A stretch of DNA of 64,000 nt from Podarcis gaigeae (taxonomy: Eukaryota), in NCBI GenBank assembly GCA_964106915.2, contig OZ066923.1. One strand, 5' to 3'. The notes under the pieces were generated by a model, which ran no database searches, was not told the origin of the DNA, and saw only the letters and a list, made by a program, of their open reading frames with translations. Each line of letters opens with the position of its first letter. The first letter of the stretch is position 1. The position numbers and the translations under genes were made by a program. This document shows positions 34,733 through 47,869 of the stretch, one piece after another.

Positions 34733-35889
34733 GTGTTGGTTGCAATCAATTATGAGCACATTTGCACAGTAGAATATCTGATTTCCTTCTGTGTGCTTGA
34801 AGAAATAGGAACCTCTCAGGCTGCAATCATGCGCACCTTTTCATCATCATCAAACCTTTGTTGGCATCACTTACAAACATTCAGAATAAATAGGCCAATG
34901 CAATCTTGCCACCATTTCAACAGTACAATCATTTGCCAAAGGGAAGAAGAGGCGAGCAATCTATTTCACATCTGTGGGTCTCCTGCAAGGGCAGGGTCCT
35001 GTAGCGTACTTCGGCGGCAAAAAAAAAAAAAAACATTTTCATGAAAGTAAGCCATGTGGAACACATTGGGACTTACTTCTTAGTAAACAGAGAGAGCCAT
35101 GCTGTTAATAATTTTATAGATAGATCAAGGGAGAGAGATTTTTGTCTGAGCCACATTGCCTTTCTGGTGTGTGCACACACCTGAGCATGTCGTCTCGCCT
35201 TCTTCAATGGCTTTTGGCAGCTTCCACTTACTTGAAGAGCTGGAAAAGTACAGAAAGTTTCCTTCCCTGCTTACATCCCAACTCTTCAAGCAGCTGAGAG
35301 CTGCTTCATAGTCTGGTAAAAGAAAAGAATGAGTAACCCTGATGTTGGTCCTCCATTCTCTTCTAACTGGCACACCTTGGAGTCTCCATGGAGGTGAAGG
35401 TGTGGATTTGGAAGGTTTCTGCGATTCTTAGCTTGAACGTCTGGGGATTCATTAAGCAGGCTTGGTAATGCTTTCGCTCTGCTGCAGTGCTGCTGTTTTG
35501 GAAAGCTTAGGAGGGCTCTTGGAGAGTCTTCATGAATGGCCTTTAGCTGATCTTGAAAAAGTGCTGCCTATTTTCAGAACAACTTGGCTGAGATAAAATG
35601 AAAATACATTTAGGGACAGCAGCCAAAACAAGACACTGTTTGTCTCTGCCAACCAGCTTCTCGTGTCACTGGGGGGGGTGGGGGTGGGGTGGGACTGAAC
35701 ACAAGATTCCGTTCGGACCTTGATTTTGACATTCAGAAAGCAGCCCAATTTGGCTTGATCTGCTTTGGAATCTGACCTCAGGTCCAAATCATAACATCAC
35801 TCAGGAAAACCAAAGCTTTGTGCATCCACATTCATTACCGGGGGGGGGGGGGAGGAGTTTCCAATGTAGCTGTTGCTCCTTTACCTTTT

Positions 35890-36356
35890 GATAGAGCTGG
35901 ATAAAATTTGCAGGTGCAGTAGCTTCACTTAAGTTTATAAAACGTGCCACATTCCAGACAAATTGATCCAGGGTTTTTTTGTTTGGGGCTTCTATCTCAT
36001 CTCTATCTTCGGCTGTGTTTAGACGGACACAGATGATTTCGTCCAGTATTTCCAGGTTACAGTCTATATAAGCTTCCTGTTGAAGAGATGCTATTCTCCT
36101 CTCTCATCCAACGTTGGTCTGCTTCTCAAAAGCCTGGCGTTTTGCTCAGCTGAAAGGAGAGGACAGTCCTTCACAAGGTGGCAATTTGTGCAGCAGCTGC
36201 TACAAAACCTAGAGGGACGTTGCTTGAAGCCAGCCTAGTCCCTCTTATGCTGCCTTTTAGATGCAGCATTTTATTATTGTGTTGTTCACTGTAATTGATT
36301 TGTATGATTGATTGTTATGGCCTAACCACTAAAGCAATAAAGTTTGTTTATTGACT
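35890..36356 (+). mobile_element. Old RTE-X-like LINE 3' end
   Basis: Frameshifted GC..DDFVQYF..SLYKLP (decayed C-terminal Zn knuckle) and VLHKVA; then TATGGCC...GCAATAAAGTT terminus like the 17672 element. Confidence 0.55.
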
Positions 36357-37824
36357 GTAGTGTCTCAGACATTATGCAAACGTGAGTGTTCAGGTAAAGT
36401 GGTCCTTATTTTAACCTAGCGTGAAAAACTCAACGCTATTATGCTTCTGAGATGCATAAAATTCAGCAAAGTTTTACTTACCATGTAACATTTACTTGAG
36501 CGTGCAGGAGTGATAAAACCAGGATCTTAATCATGTCAATTTCCGCAATTCTCAAAACATCTTCCATGCTCTGGGCTTTGATTGCAAACACTGACATTTG
36601 TTTGCAGGATCGGAGAATTATATGCTAGCTAAATTATTTAAGTAAACATACTGAAATAGAGGCAAAGTATAGGTTTCCAATCATCTTTGACATATATTTA
36701 AAGCACATGGCTTCCCTCAAAGAATCCTGGGAACTGTAGTTTGCTGAGGGGGCTGGGAATGTACTTCTGTGAGGGATAAAATACTGGTCATCGGATACTC
36801 TGGAGAAACCCTGTGTTTTAAATGCACTTTAAATGCATGATGTGGCTCTGACCCTGGTCATGATCAAAAAGAACAGAAAACTGTTAATCAATAATGAGTA
36901 GGTGGTATAACTATCAAAAAAAACCTGACCCAAAATGCAGGATAGAGTTTTCTTGGGGGTCAGACGTAACTAAAATCCAAGTGTAAAACGAACCCTGTAA
37001 GGCAGTGCACTGCCCACTGTTCCTGCTTTCTTTTCACCACATCTGAGCACGGAGATCTCAGACTGTACTCTGGATGTCCCAAAGATCTCAAGGAGCAAGA
37101 GCTAACCTACCACTCTCTGCTTCTCAGGCAAGAGATGCCATTTCACACTTGAGCAAATGTGACCAAGAGACCTAAGACATTGGTTTCACCCAAATGAAGA
37201 GGTGGATATTATATTGATAATACTTAAAAAAGCAGCATAGCATGAAACCTGTTATCAAACAGGAGGAATAGGAAAGGAAAACACCATTGATTTGAAAATC
37301 ACAAAACGACAAAAGCAATAAAACTAGCCAACCTAGTCTAATGAATCCATGGCCCCATGAAAAGATGTAACACAATTGTTGGCCAGGAAGGTAAAGGCAA
37401 AAAGTGAGGCACACTCGCAGGCCTTATGGGCAACTTCATACTTTTCTCCTTAGTAAAGAGCCTGAGTCTTCCCAACCAACTTCGTGTGACTGAGAGTCCT
37501 GGGTGTTTCATGTGATTCCACAGTTGTGGGATCCCTATCAGCTATGTGGCCAGCTCTGGCCTTGAAGCACTGGTGCAGGCAAGAGAACACAGCTGCAATT
37601 AATGAGGATGCTAGCAACTAGCTGAGAGAAATAGAGAGAACTGCTTTCTTATGAACTAACCATCTACTCAGAAGCCTGTACTTCTCCTGTCTGTGAACAC
37701 GCCTAATGCAAGACCCCTCTCCCCATTATCTTGACAAGCTCCAAGAACACTAAAAAAAAATGCTGGTTCCTTTACTGAGATATGTGGGGAGTGTAAAAAG
37801 GAGAAGTGGGTCTACTTTAATACA

Positions 37825-38066
37825 CAGTGGTACCTCGGGTTAAGAACTTAATTCATTCTGGAGGTCCATTCTTAACCTGAAACTGTTCTTAACCTGAAGC
37901 ACCACTTTAGCTAATGGGGCCTCCCGCTGCCACTGCGCCACCGCTGCGCCATTTCTGTTCTCATCCTGAAGCAAAGTTCTTAACCTGAGGTAATATTTCT
38001 GGCTTAGCAGAGTCTGTAACCTGAAGCGTATGTAACCTGAAGCATCTGTAACCTGAGGTACCACTG
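37825..38066. mobile_element. Tc1/mariner-pogo MITE, family A
   Basis: CAGTGGTACCTC...GAGGTACCACTG; flanking TA not preserved. Confidence 0.9.
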
Positions 38067-40224
38067 AATGGTGGTCACGTTAACTAGGGTGGACCTGTCT
38101 GTGCTGTCTTCACCTCCACAGTTTATGTGTAGGCTTACAACATTTCAGATACTACCACACGCAAAAAGGCAGCTGCCTGTATGTGAGACAGTGGCATGTT
38201 TGGCAGGAGAGCCTCCTGAGGCCAGTGTCACTGATGTTTACTGGGCTAGGCTGGGGAAGAGCAACGGAGAGGGCAGGTTGTGGAGCTACCCTGGCAGAGC
38301 TACTACCGCTCCTACCGGTGCAAGAATGCAGCCCCAGACTCACGGCTGCCCCCGCCCTGCCCTGGTAAGCAGCAGGGAGGTGAGTGGCAGGAGTTGGCTC
38401 CGTCTCTACACATGCTCTGCTAAGGTCTTGTATGTGTTTATGTGACATTATGGGTAAACACTGATTGCACAGGAAAAGCCCCTTTGTGCAACATTTCATT
38501 GTTTTGTTCTTGTCTGACCCCATAATACACAATTGACTCTGTTCATGGATAAATATCACAGCCCACAAAGTCATTACCTGAGGTGGGTTTGATTAATTAT
38601 GACGACGAGCATCTGGCAAAGGAAAGTCTTCTGTGACTGCAACCAGCAACAATAATGGGAAGATTCATCTTATTGTTTTTATAAAATGTGATCTATGGCA
38701 TCTATCAGAAGAACCTGGGAAAGGAGAGCTATTGATTTTGAATCATGATGAAAACTCAGGGACTGATTCAAAACTCACACTTAATAGAGCAAGAAAGAGA
38801 ATGAAAAAAAAAATCTTGCCCACAGCCTTTAAGTGTTGCTCCCCCTTTCACAAACTCTGCAGATTTTAGCGATTCATCAGCTGCAAAGACCCGCCTCTGT
38901 GGCCTCTGCTACACATCCTGCTTCCTTGTCTTAAAGCAAACACCTCACGAAGTGCTGCATATTATATAGTACCTGCCTGGGGTTACCAAGCCATCACACT
39001 GTTAACAAAAAGTGATGGGTGTATTCAGGACCTGTTCTTACAGCCTCCGCTGAACAAATAGCTGACAGGCTAGGAAGAGCCAAGGCAAAAATTTAAAATG
39101 AACCAGACAACTTTATTTGCATACCACCAAAGGGAATATTCTGTATACATATCTCTACATTAAAAATGCTTCTGAAGAACCATCTTTCAAACGCCCTTGA
39201 ATTTTGCTAGGGAGCCAGCGGTTGCAGACAGGGCACCCAGAAATCTGCCCAGCATTTGCAGGGATGTTGTAAAGGCATTTGTGGGAAGATGGAGTAGCAT
39301 TTGAAGTCACTGTGGTTCTTTCCAAAGGAGGGATTTGGAGTGCCAAAGGTACATTCCCCTCAGGTGCATGGGGAGGGGCAAATCTGTCCATTTCAGCCTT
39401 TTATGTTTCCAATCTTAAATTTACTTCTCCACATTTCCACTTCAGTTTTGATTTTTTTTAAAAAAACAAAAAACCACTCCTGTAAAGTCACCAGCAGTGT
39501 AGTGAGAATTTCGCCCAATGTGCACAGTTCACATGCAATCACTAGTTTTCCGGTGCTGGCAGAGTGGGGGGGGGTCTGCTTTACCAGTGTGTTCCCCTCA
39601 AGGAATGTGTTGGCAAAGCAGATCCCAGCAGGATGGCCCTCTCTGCTCACCAGCTGATGAGTGGAGGGTTCAATCCTGCTGACTGCAGTGCAACCAGAAG
39701 AGAATACAGGGTTTCTTTCTTTCCCCTCCTCCTTCTGTCTGCATATTTAAAAACTCTGGTTAACCATGCAGCTGCAGGTGGGGGAGGAGACACAGCATCT
39801 CCTTCTTCCCCCACCCCCAGTGGATTCAGGGCCCAGATCCATGTTGGGTCAACTCTGGATTGACCTGGGGGCCACTCCAGATCAGGCCCCAAACTGGATT
39901 GGGGGAGGCCCTGCACAGTCAGTACATAATCAATTCACCAGTTTCAATTTCAGCCTGTTTTCTGAGGTACTCCCATTCCTTCAATATTTTAACAATTCCT
40001 CATTTTTACCCACTGGCCCAGATCTTCCCCTACATGCCTTTTCTCTTGAGGGAGCAATGAGCTTTGCAATTTTAAACTGCACCGACATACATGTGTAATA
40101 TTGGCCTGCATTTTTGGCTTGTTTGGTTTTGGAGGGGGCCTGGGGGAGGAATTATAAAATAGCTTATGAAACAGTTAAAAGCTTTATTTTCTGGTAATGC
40201 TTGACCTCCTAGTGGTAAGCAATA

Positions 40225-40590
40225 AAGGTAAAGGTAAAGGTACCCCTGCCCGTACGGACCAGTCGTGACCAACTCTAGGGTTGCGCGCTCATCTCGCTCA
40301 AGAGGCCGTGAGCCGGCGCTGTCCGAAGACACTTCCGGGTCACATGGCCAGTGTGACGAAGCTGCACTGGTGAGCCAGCACCAGCACAGCACACGGAAAC
40401 GCCGTTTACCTTCCCGCTATAAAGCGGTCCCTACTTATCTACTTGCACTTAGGGGTGCTTTCGAACTGCTAGGTGGGCAGGAGCTGGGACCGAAAGACGG
40501 GAGCTCACCCCGCCGCGGGGATTCGAATTGCCGACCATGCGATCAGCAAGTCCTAGGCACTGAGGTTTTACCCACAGCGCCACCAGCATC
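40225..40590 (-). mobile_element. Sauria SINE, full length, young
   Basis: (AAAGGT)3 tail; 16-18-bp TSD (TC)CTAGTGGTAAGCAATA at 40207-40224 and 40589-40606. Confidence 0.96.
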
Positions 40591-40671
40591 CTAGTGGTAA
40601 GCAATAGTATAGAGCATATTTGTGGAGCCAAGGTGCACAGCTTTAATGCAATGACAGAGCTGTAGTTGTAC

Positions 40672-40742
40672 AGCTGGAGATGCCAGGGATTGAACTTTAG
40701 GACCTTCTGCATGTGTAAAGCAGATGCTCTCCCAAGGAGTGA
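40672..40742 (-). mobile_element. tRNA-derived SINE head fragment
   Basis: CTGGAGATGCCAGGGATTGAAC..GGACCTTCTGCATG..AAGCAGATGCTCT; B box on the minus strand. Confidence 0.6.
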
Positions 40743-41379
40743 CAAGCCTTCTGCTCCCCCTGACATCCCCCTTTCCTTCCTGGCACACCTGCTTCCTTCT
40801 CCCTCAGCTTGCCACTCAGGGATGACGAGTGATATCTCCTTTCCCTTGCTGTTGTTCTATTGAGATTAGTAGTAAAGAAACATTTGACTCACAAGTTCCT
40901 ATTAGAGTCAGATATTTAGGTTGACCAAAACAGCATTCAACTTAGATATTCAACTCTGGAGCCTGGTCTTTGGATCTTTGCACAATGGCCAGAAAATGCT
41001 GGCAAATGGAGGGGGCTATTTCTCTTAAACACTCCCCCCTTTGGAATCTGACTACAGAAGGAAGCAGATACTATTCTACTTGTGCATTCAAGAGCTCTGG
41101 CTTATCATATTTTTGACTTGGCAATGGAAACAGGATACACCTCTTTCTAAAAGCCACCAACTGCTTTTACAGGAACCCAAAGGGACCACTGCTTCAGGGC
41201 TGCCAGGGGCCTTCTGCCTTGTACCACAGGGCGAGAAAGTGTGTTTTCCCCCCAGGGGAAGATGTCACGTCATCTCTTATGTTATCTGTTGGTTCATAGT
41301 AGGCCAGAAGAATAAAAAGAAAACCTTAAATGCAAATCATTATCACCACCAACATGGTTTGGATAACGCTGAAGGTTAA

Positions 41380-41890
41380 ACACGAAATTAAAAGATGTCT
41401 GCTTCTTGGGAGAAAAGCAATGACAGCATCTTAAAAAGCAAATGTCAGTATAGTTAAAGCTATGGTTTTCCCAGCAGTGATGTATGGAAGTGAGAGCTGG
41501 ACCATAAAGAAGGCTCATCGCCAAAGTATTGATGCTTTTGAATTATGATGCTGGAGGAGGCTCTTGAGAGTCCCATGGACTGCAAGAAGAACAAACCTAT
41601 CCATTCTGAAGGAAATCAGCCCTGAGTGCTCACTGGAAGCACAGATCATGAAGCTGAGGCTCCAATATTTTGGCCACTTTGTGAGAAGAGAAGACTCCCT
41701 GGAAATGACCCTGATGTTGGGAAAGATTGAGGGCACAAGGAGAAGGGGATGACAGAGGACGAGATGGTTGGACACTGTTCTCGAAGCTACCAGCATGAGT
41801 TTGACCAAACTGCAGGAGGCAGTGGAAGACAGGAGGGCCTGGTGTCCATGGGGTCACGAAGAGTCGGACATTACTAAATGACAACAAACA
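41380..41890 (+). mobile_element. Bov-B (RTE) LINE 3' fragment
   Basis: VKAMVFPAVMYGSESWTIKKA...LRVPWTARRTNLSILKEISPECSLE...LMLGKIEG; GTCCATGGGGTCACGAAGAGTCGGACA terminus and CAA tail. Confidence 0.95.
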
Positions 41891-42111
41891 CCATCAATAT
41901 TATTTGATTTGATAAATTTCCAGCTCACCAACTGGGCTGGAAATAATTATTTGAGCTGAGAATATCTCCTTCCCAACTTCTTTTAATAAAAAAGATCTGC
42001 TAGCTCTTCCTTGCTTATGTATGGTCCTCCAGGTGTGACTCTCCCATCAGCCCCAGCCAGCAGAGCTGATGGCCAGGGATTCTGGGAGCTATAGTCCAGC
42101 AACATCTGGAG

Positions 42112-42245
42112 CAGGCATAGGCAAACCCAGCCCTCCAGGTGTTTGGGACTACAATTCCCATCATCCCTGACTACTGGTCCTGTCTGCTAGGGATGATGGG
42201 AATTGTAGTCCCAAACACCTGGAGGGCCGAGTTTGCCTATGCCTG
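42112..42245. mobile_element. hAT hairpin MITE inserted in an older relative (about 42020-42275)
   Basis: 15-bp TIR CAGGCATAGGCAAAC; perfect TSD ATCTGGAG at 42104-42111 and 42246-42253. Confidence 0.95.
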
Positions 42246-43397
42246 ATCTGGAGGATCTCAGGATCTCCATCCCTAATGCAGGTGCTCTGCTTAGCCTTGC
42301 TGAAATACTTCCCTCATTTCCCACAAACACTTGGCTCAGTTTGTGCAGATCTGCGTATTCTCCTTCTTCCTATTGATTGCTTAAATGGAACCCAAGCTCT
42401 GCAAAAGGATTACACAAGGCTTTTCCTGGTCCATTTATCTTCTAAATTGTGAACTCAACAAGGGGAAACAGAAATGATATTTCTTAACACCCTTTGGTTT
42501 TCGCTGCTAGAGGCATCATTTGTGGGCATTTTGGCAACCCCTGGCACATCAACTTGGCATTTCACATCATTTGCTTCCATATTTTCATATGAATTTTTAA
42601 TCAGCAGCCTGGACCTTCCTGATGTTGCCCTGAGACTGGTGCAGCTGTTTGGTTTTGATATGTTAAAGCTTTGGTTCTGTGATTGCAGTATCACAACTTT
42701 TTATTGCTAACACTTCATTAGAAGACTGGGCCAGTCTTGTTAAAACAGAAACCTTCTGAATGATTCAAAAAATGTGGCATTACTAAAGGGGCAATGTTCT
42801 ACAGATGTTATCCCAGGTGTCTCATGCCAGACCGTAATCAGCAAGATCTTTTTTTTTTTTTAAAGAACACAGACTTCCCTGTGTTACATGGTCTCTGCAG
42901 CATTAGAATAGATTGCATTGTTTTCCTGATTTTTCTCCAGGTAGCTCTTGCTATGTAGTGTTTCAGCACTCTATATAAAAGCTTTGACACAAACTGTTGA
43001 CACCAGCAACATGACCTTCTGTTTCTTTACTGCAAAGTCAGCAGCTCAGAGATCAGGGACCTGGTTCACCTCCAGTTTTTGCTTTATTTTACTTCTTAAT
43101 TACAGAATTTTAATGGCTAGGGCCTCTCTGTCTCCTAACACCTTGCTGCCGGAGTCATGATTTATTTGGGTTTTTGAGAGCAAATCTCTTAGCAAATCTC
43201 ATCCCTATGAAGGTGTACCTAAGCTAATGAATGTCAGTGAGTTCCAATATGAGCTTCCTAAAGAATACAATGATGTTTTTAAATGGTTGGTGAAAAACTG
43301 TGAAATATATAGAAAACAGAATCATGGAACTATGGAACTCACTCCCATAGGGGGCTGTGATGGCCACTAACTTGGATGGCTTTAAAAGATATTTAGA

Positions 43398-44460
43398 CTT
43401 CCAGACTGAACACCTCCAAAGTTGGTTGCATCATAGACAATTAAAGAGTATCTTTAAAGAAGATAATAAGAAAGGCTTCTCATACTCTGTTTCCAAATCC
43501 CAAATGGAAGTGATAGAAGAAAACACAAAACTACTAAAAAAAGGCATCTAATATCTTTTGGAGTGGGAAACTAAGGGTGAAGAAGTAAAATCGGTAATGA
43601 TTAAATGGCACAAGACATAGGCCATAACATACGATTTGAGAATTGGATAAAATTGTGGAAAGTAAACTTGAAATTTACAGATTTTATATTATTGAGAGAA
43701 TTATATGAAAATGATGTATAGATGGTATATATCACCGGTTAAATTGGCAAAAATGTATAAAATGAAAAGAAAGAGTGTTGGAGGTGTGAAGCAGAAGGTA
43801 CGTTTTATCATATGTGGTGGGATTGCAAAAAGGTAAAAGCTTATTGGGAAATGATATATAATGAGTTGAAGAAAATGTTGAAAATAACTTTTGCAAAAAA
43901 AAACCCCAGAAGCCTTTCTGCTAGGTATCTTAGGCCAAGATATACCGAAAGAAAAGAGGACTCTCTTTATGTATACCACTACAGCTGTGAGAATGTTGAT
44001 TGCACAAAATTGGAAGACTGGAGAAACACCAACTAAAGAACAATGGCAAGAGAAGTTGATCAACTATGCAGAACTGGCAAAAATGACAGACAGACTATGA
44101 GAAAAAGACAACAATGACTTTGAAAAAGAATGGGAACAATTTATATTATATTTGCAGAAACAAAGAAAGTCTATAGACTTGATGGCAGGATTTAAATAAA
44201 CATTCACATCATTAGTATTAGAAAATGTGTAGAAGATAGAGAAATAATATGGTGTATTTATTTTCATCTTTATGTTTTTTAGGTTAGATTTTATTGTATA
44301 AATATGTTATTAGTACTTTTTCTTTTAGGAGGTAGCAAGTTGGGTGAAAGGAGAAACAAACTAGAAGCGGAAGTTGGGGAAGCTTCGGAGGGGAGGGGGG
44401 AAGGAATGCATAGCAAATGTTATGGATATGAGATGTATGTAATGAATGAAAAATAAAACT
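43398..44460 (+). mobile_element. L1 3' fragment, decayed
   Basis: HMWWDCKKVKAYWEMIYNELKKML and PEAFLLGILG...LIAQNWK; G-rich 3'UTR and AATAAA. Confidence 0.92.
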
Positions 44461-44602
44461 CAATTTTCTGCCCTGCCTCCATGGTTGGGGGCAGCAAGGT
44501 TGAACAACAGTTGCTGAAAACCACAGGAGGGGATAGGGCTCTTGTGCTCAAATTCTGCTTGCTGGTTTGCTACCGGCATCTGGTCAGCCACTGTGGGAAC
44601 AG

Positions 44603-45201
44603 AAGTGGGATGTGAAACACAAGAACAGTCAAGTACAACTTTCTAGAGTGAACATGTTTACACATGGGGAGGAATGTTTGTCCAGCCGCAGGTAAACTTC
44701 CTGCTTCCTGCTGGGCTGGGACAGACTTCCTCTGCATGTGACTAGAGGTGAGCATGGCCTCACCTGTACAGATAACGACAAAAGCACAGGGCAGGGCAGC
44801 CATCTCTCTCTTTGGCTACATGCATCGAAGAAGCAACATCTGCTTAGCCTAAGATGCTCTCTTGACTTCTAGCTAAGAGGGGCTGTCTCCTTATGAGTTA
44901 GTCTCCAGGTGTATGTTACTTTTCTAAGCTAAGTCTGCCTTCTGGGATCCGATCGTGAACAGAATGTGAGTAAACTCTTTTTATACTTTTGTAGAAGACT
45001 GTGCCGTGTCTTATCTTTTATGAGGGAATAAGGGGGAAATACCAGAAGTTATTATAGAGGCTTTAGCGAGCCTAAGCAAACTCATCCGCTGTAAGTTTAA
45101 AAAGGGGAATGTTACTCTGCTAAATTGTGAACTTGTTAACACAAGTTGGAAAGGCTATAATCAAACAATATATCCTCTCCTGCATCCCTGAACATTCCCA
45201 C
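44603..45201 (+). mobile_element. Solo LTR-like insertion (599 bp)
   Basis: Interrupts host CTGTGGGAACAG|GATGCTGG with an AACAG duplication; imperfect inverted ends GTGGGATGT / ACATTCCCAC; AGTAAA poly(A)-like signal. Confidence 0.75.
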
Positions 45202-47869
45202 AACAGGATGCTGGACTAGATGAGTCATTGGCCTGTTCTAGCAGGCTTTTCTTATGTTCTTAACCTGTGGAAACTAGGAAATGCTTCCATGTGGCAGCAC
45301 TTCTAAGGTTGCACAGTATGTGGTGCCAAAATGGGAAAAATTCATAGATCTATGACTCATCACACATTAATTATGTGAAGGGACTCTGTGTGTGCAAATA
45401 AGCAACAGAGCATTACTGCTGTTCCTGACCCCAAGTTGTGCCCTTTCTTGCTGATGATGCCCACATGTTGAGTGTAGATGACTGTATTGGTGAAACCTTT
45501 CGGAATAATCCTCTATGTACACAGGCTTCCTCAAGCTGGAGTCCTGATCTTGTGGAGTTCAACCTTCCACAGAAGCCAACTCACATAGAAGTCTGGGCAC
45601 ATGGATGTTGGATGAAATGCTGAGGAACATGGCATGTATACATAAAGCCAGTGAATGTTCAAAGGGGGCACATGTGAGTATGGGTCCACATAGTAAGCAT
45701 TGTTGCATAATGTATGGAGATGTTTACTCATTCGATTGCCACATGTTCTGAAAGAATCTTGGTCTTGTTTTGCATTCCCAGCTCCCAAGAGTGATGGAAA
45801 GTTCTAGAGAGGTTGCACAGGACCTGTTTCCATTAAAAGGAAAGAAGATTGGAGACTTGTGTTTTCATAATACTGGATCATTTTTTTAAAAAATAAAATG
45901 CTCATCTGGCAACATCTTAATAAGGACAAGTCTAAAAGATAGAGCACCATCAGAAGAAACATTAATCAATCTGCACAAACAAACAAACAAAAACTCTTAG
46001 CACCTAAAGACTGACAAGGATGGTACCAGGGTTGTCAAAACACCAGTGCAGGTGTTAACAGACCAACTCCCATAGAAGCACTTGCATTCAAGACTAGGCT
46101 TCTTGTTTGGGACAAGAACCATCACAGAGATAGGCCTGTCCCACATAAGGAGCACACCAAGTGGTGATCTGTGCTTCACGTGGTCATGTTTCCCACCAGC
46201 ACTTTAAGTTATATTAGGTACTAATACAGCCCAGTCCATCTTGAAGACCGCTGACAACATCCAACACAGAGCTCTAATGTAATTAAGCATAGGTGGTTCA
46301 GATCTCAGTGGGAACAGGTGTACCATCTATGTCAGCTCATGACAAATAAGCTTTTGGTTAAGTTGGGACTATGGGATATATAAATTGCAAGTCTCAGCTG
46401 TAACATTGATGGTACTTTCTCATTCTCATAGATCTACTTAATGTACTTTGCCATTGGGAAATTAAGTTTCCCCATATATTATTAATACAATTGGTGAATT
46501 ATTTAAAATAGAAATGTACAGTATATGTACGATACACATTTTGGAAAACAAAGGCAAAGTGGTAGCAAGCCATACTACGTGTAAAAAACTGTTGTTTCTT
46601 TCTGAAACAGATGCACAGACTTTTAAGGATCATCTGAGTTATTTTTCTGTATACCAGTATCTCCCACAACATTACAGACACTGATTTCTTAATTGTTTTA
46701 GCTTCCTTTCATCCACCCTTGAATTCATCCAAGAGCTGGAAGAGAAGAAAACACTTGCATTTTCACAAGGCTATAGAAGCTCGTTTGAGAACGTAAGAAT
46801 CATATTCAGAAAGACTTTGACAAAGAGGTGCAATGGGGGAGAATCATATAGTTTTAAACCTTTTGTCCCTAATTGTTACTTCAATCCTTTGCATGTTTAC
46901 TTAGAACTCACTTCATCCATTAGTGGCTTCAAATAAGACAGATTGTCAAGTGACAGCCTAATCTTAGATATATTTAAATGGAAACAAGTCCCTGGGGTTT
47001 ATGAATGGAACTTATTTCAAGTAACCCTAATTATGATTGTGCATTTAAAAACCAACACCAGATGTGATCAATCCTTTATGAAACATTCCAAGTAGAAATT
47101 TAAGCGCACACCTAAGTCTCCCTTTAACATCAATAGGACATTAGCAGTGTAATCTTGCACATGCTTACCCAGAATTAAGCTCCTTTGAGTTTAAAGGGAT
47201 GCATTTTTAGGTAGGTTAAGTGCAGGATTGCTGCATTCCTAACCCCACTTACCTTCTGCACCACCCAGATTCTTAACTGAGTTCAACTGCGTCACGAGAC
47301 CATTGGTCCAAGTGGGACATCAATGCTGGGGTCCATTCAGGCCTGCTCCTGCTGAGGCTCCTGGTTGCCAGGCTCCTACTGAGGTTCGTACCCCAACAGT
47401 GATGGCGCTTCTTGCTGTTCTGCTAGTAGTAGTTCTTCCTTTTGCTGTGTGACTTAATGTTGCTTTCTCCTCCATTAGATTTGCACTGGGGATGTTTCTT
47501 GCTATTGCATTCCTACCGATGCTGCTGGCTTTTGCTAGAACTGCTAAAGTCCAGCTTGGGCCTCTTCTCCACAGAGGCCAGCAAGGGCAATGGGTCATTG
47601 TTTGCGATACCCCTAAGTTGTTCCTGCCTCTCTCAAGAGCTCAGAAAGGGTACAAGCAGACACCAGACATGGTGTCAGAGACTGGCAGGGCTCCAGTGAG
47701 TGTGTGGCAGACACAATAGGATGATGGGGTGTGTGAGCTGGCAGTAGTGGAGCATGTCACCAAGGCACCTGGAGTGTGTGTGCATGGGCACACTGGGGGA
47801 GGGGGGAGATGCAACTGGAGTGATTGGAAGGGTGCATGCCTGCTGTGCCCTCCTCACACTGCCCTACCA

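Larger units (their letters stand above)
43328..45262 (+). mobile_element. Old CR1-type 3' end hosting an L1 and an LTR
   Basis: WNSLP...ATNLDGFKRYLD, resuming about 44461; GATGCTGGACTAGATG...TTCTTATGTTCTTA tail. Confidence 0.8.

Noticed and set aside
35980-36120. Protein-like minus frame ERRIASLQQEAYIDCNLEILDEII
   Set aside because: Better explained as the antisense of a decayed plus-strand LINE 3' end
39650-39700. CTGATGA as another hammerhead
   Set aside because: No stem II followed by GAAA; other CTGAnGA hits I looked at (e.g. 2163, 45451) also lack the fold
42440-43200. Coding-like minus-strand stretch
   Set aside because: Multiple stops, no recognisable motif and no convincing splice pair
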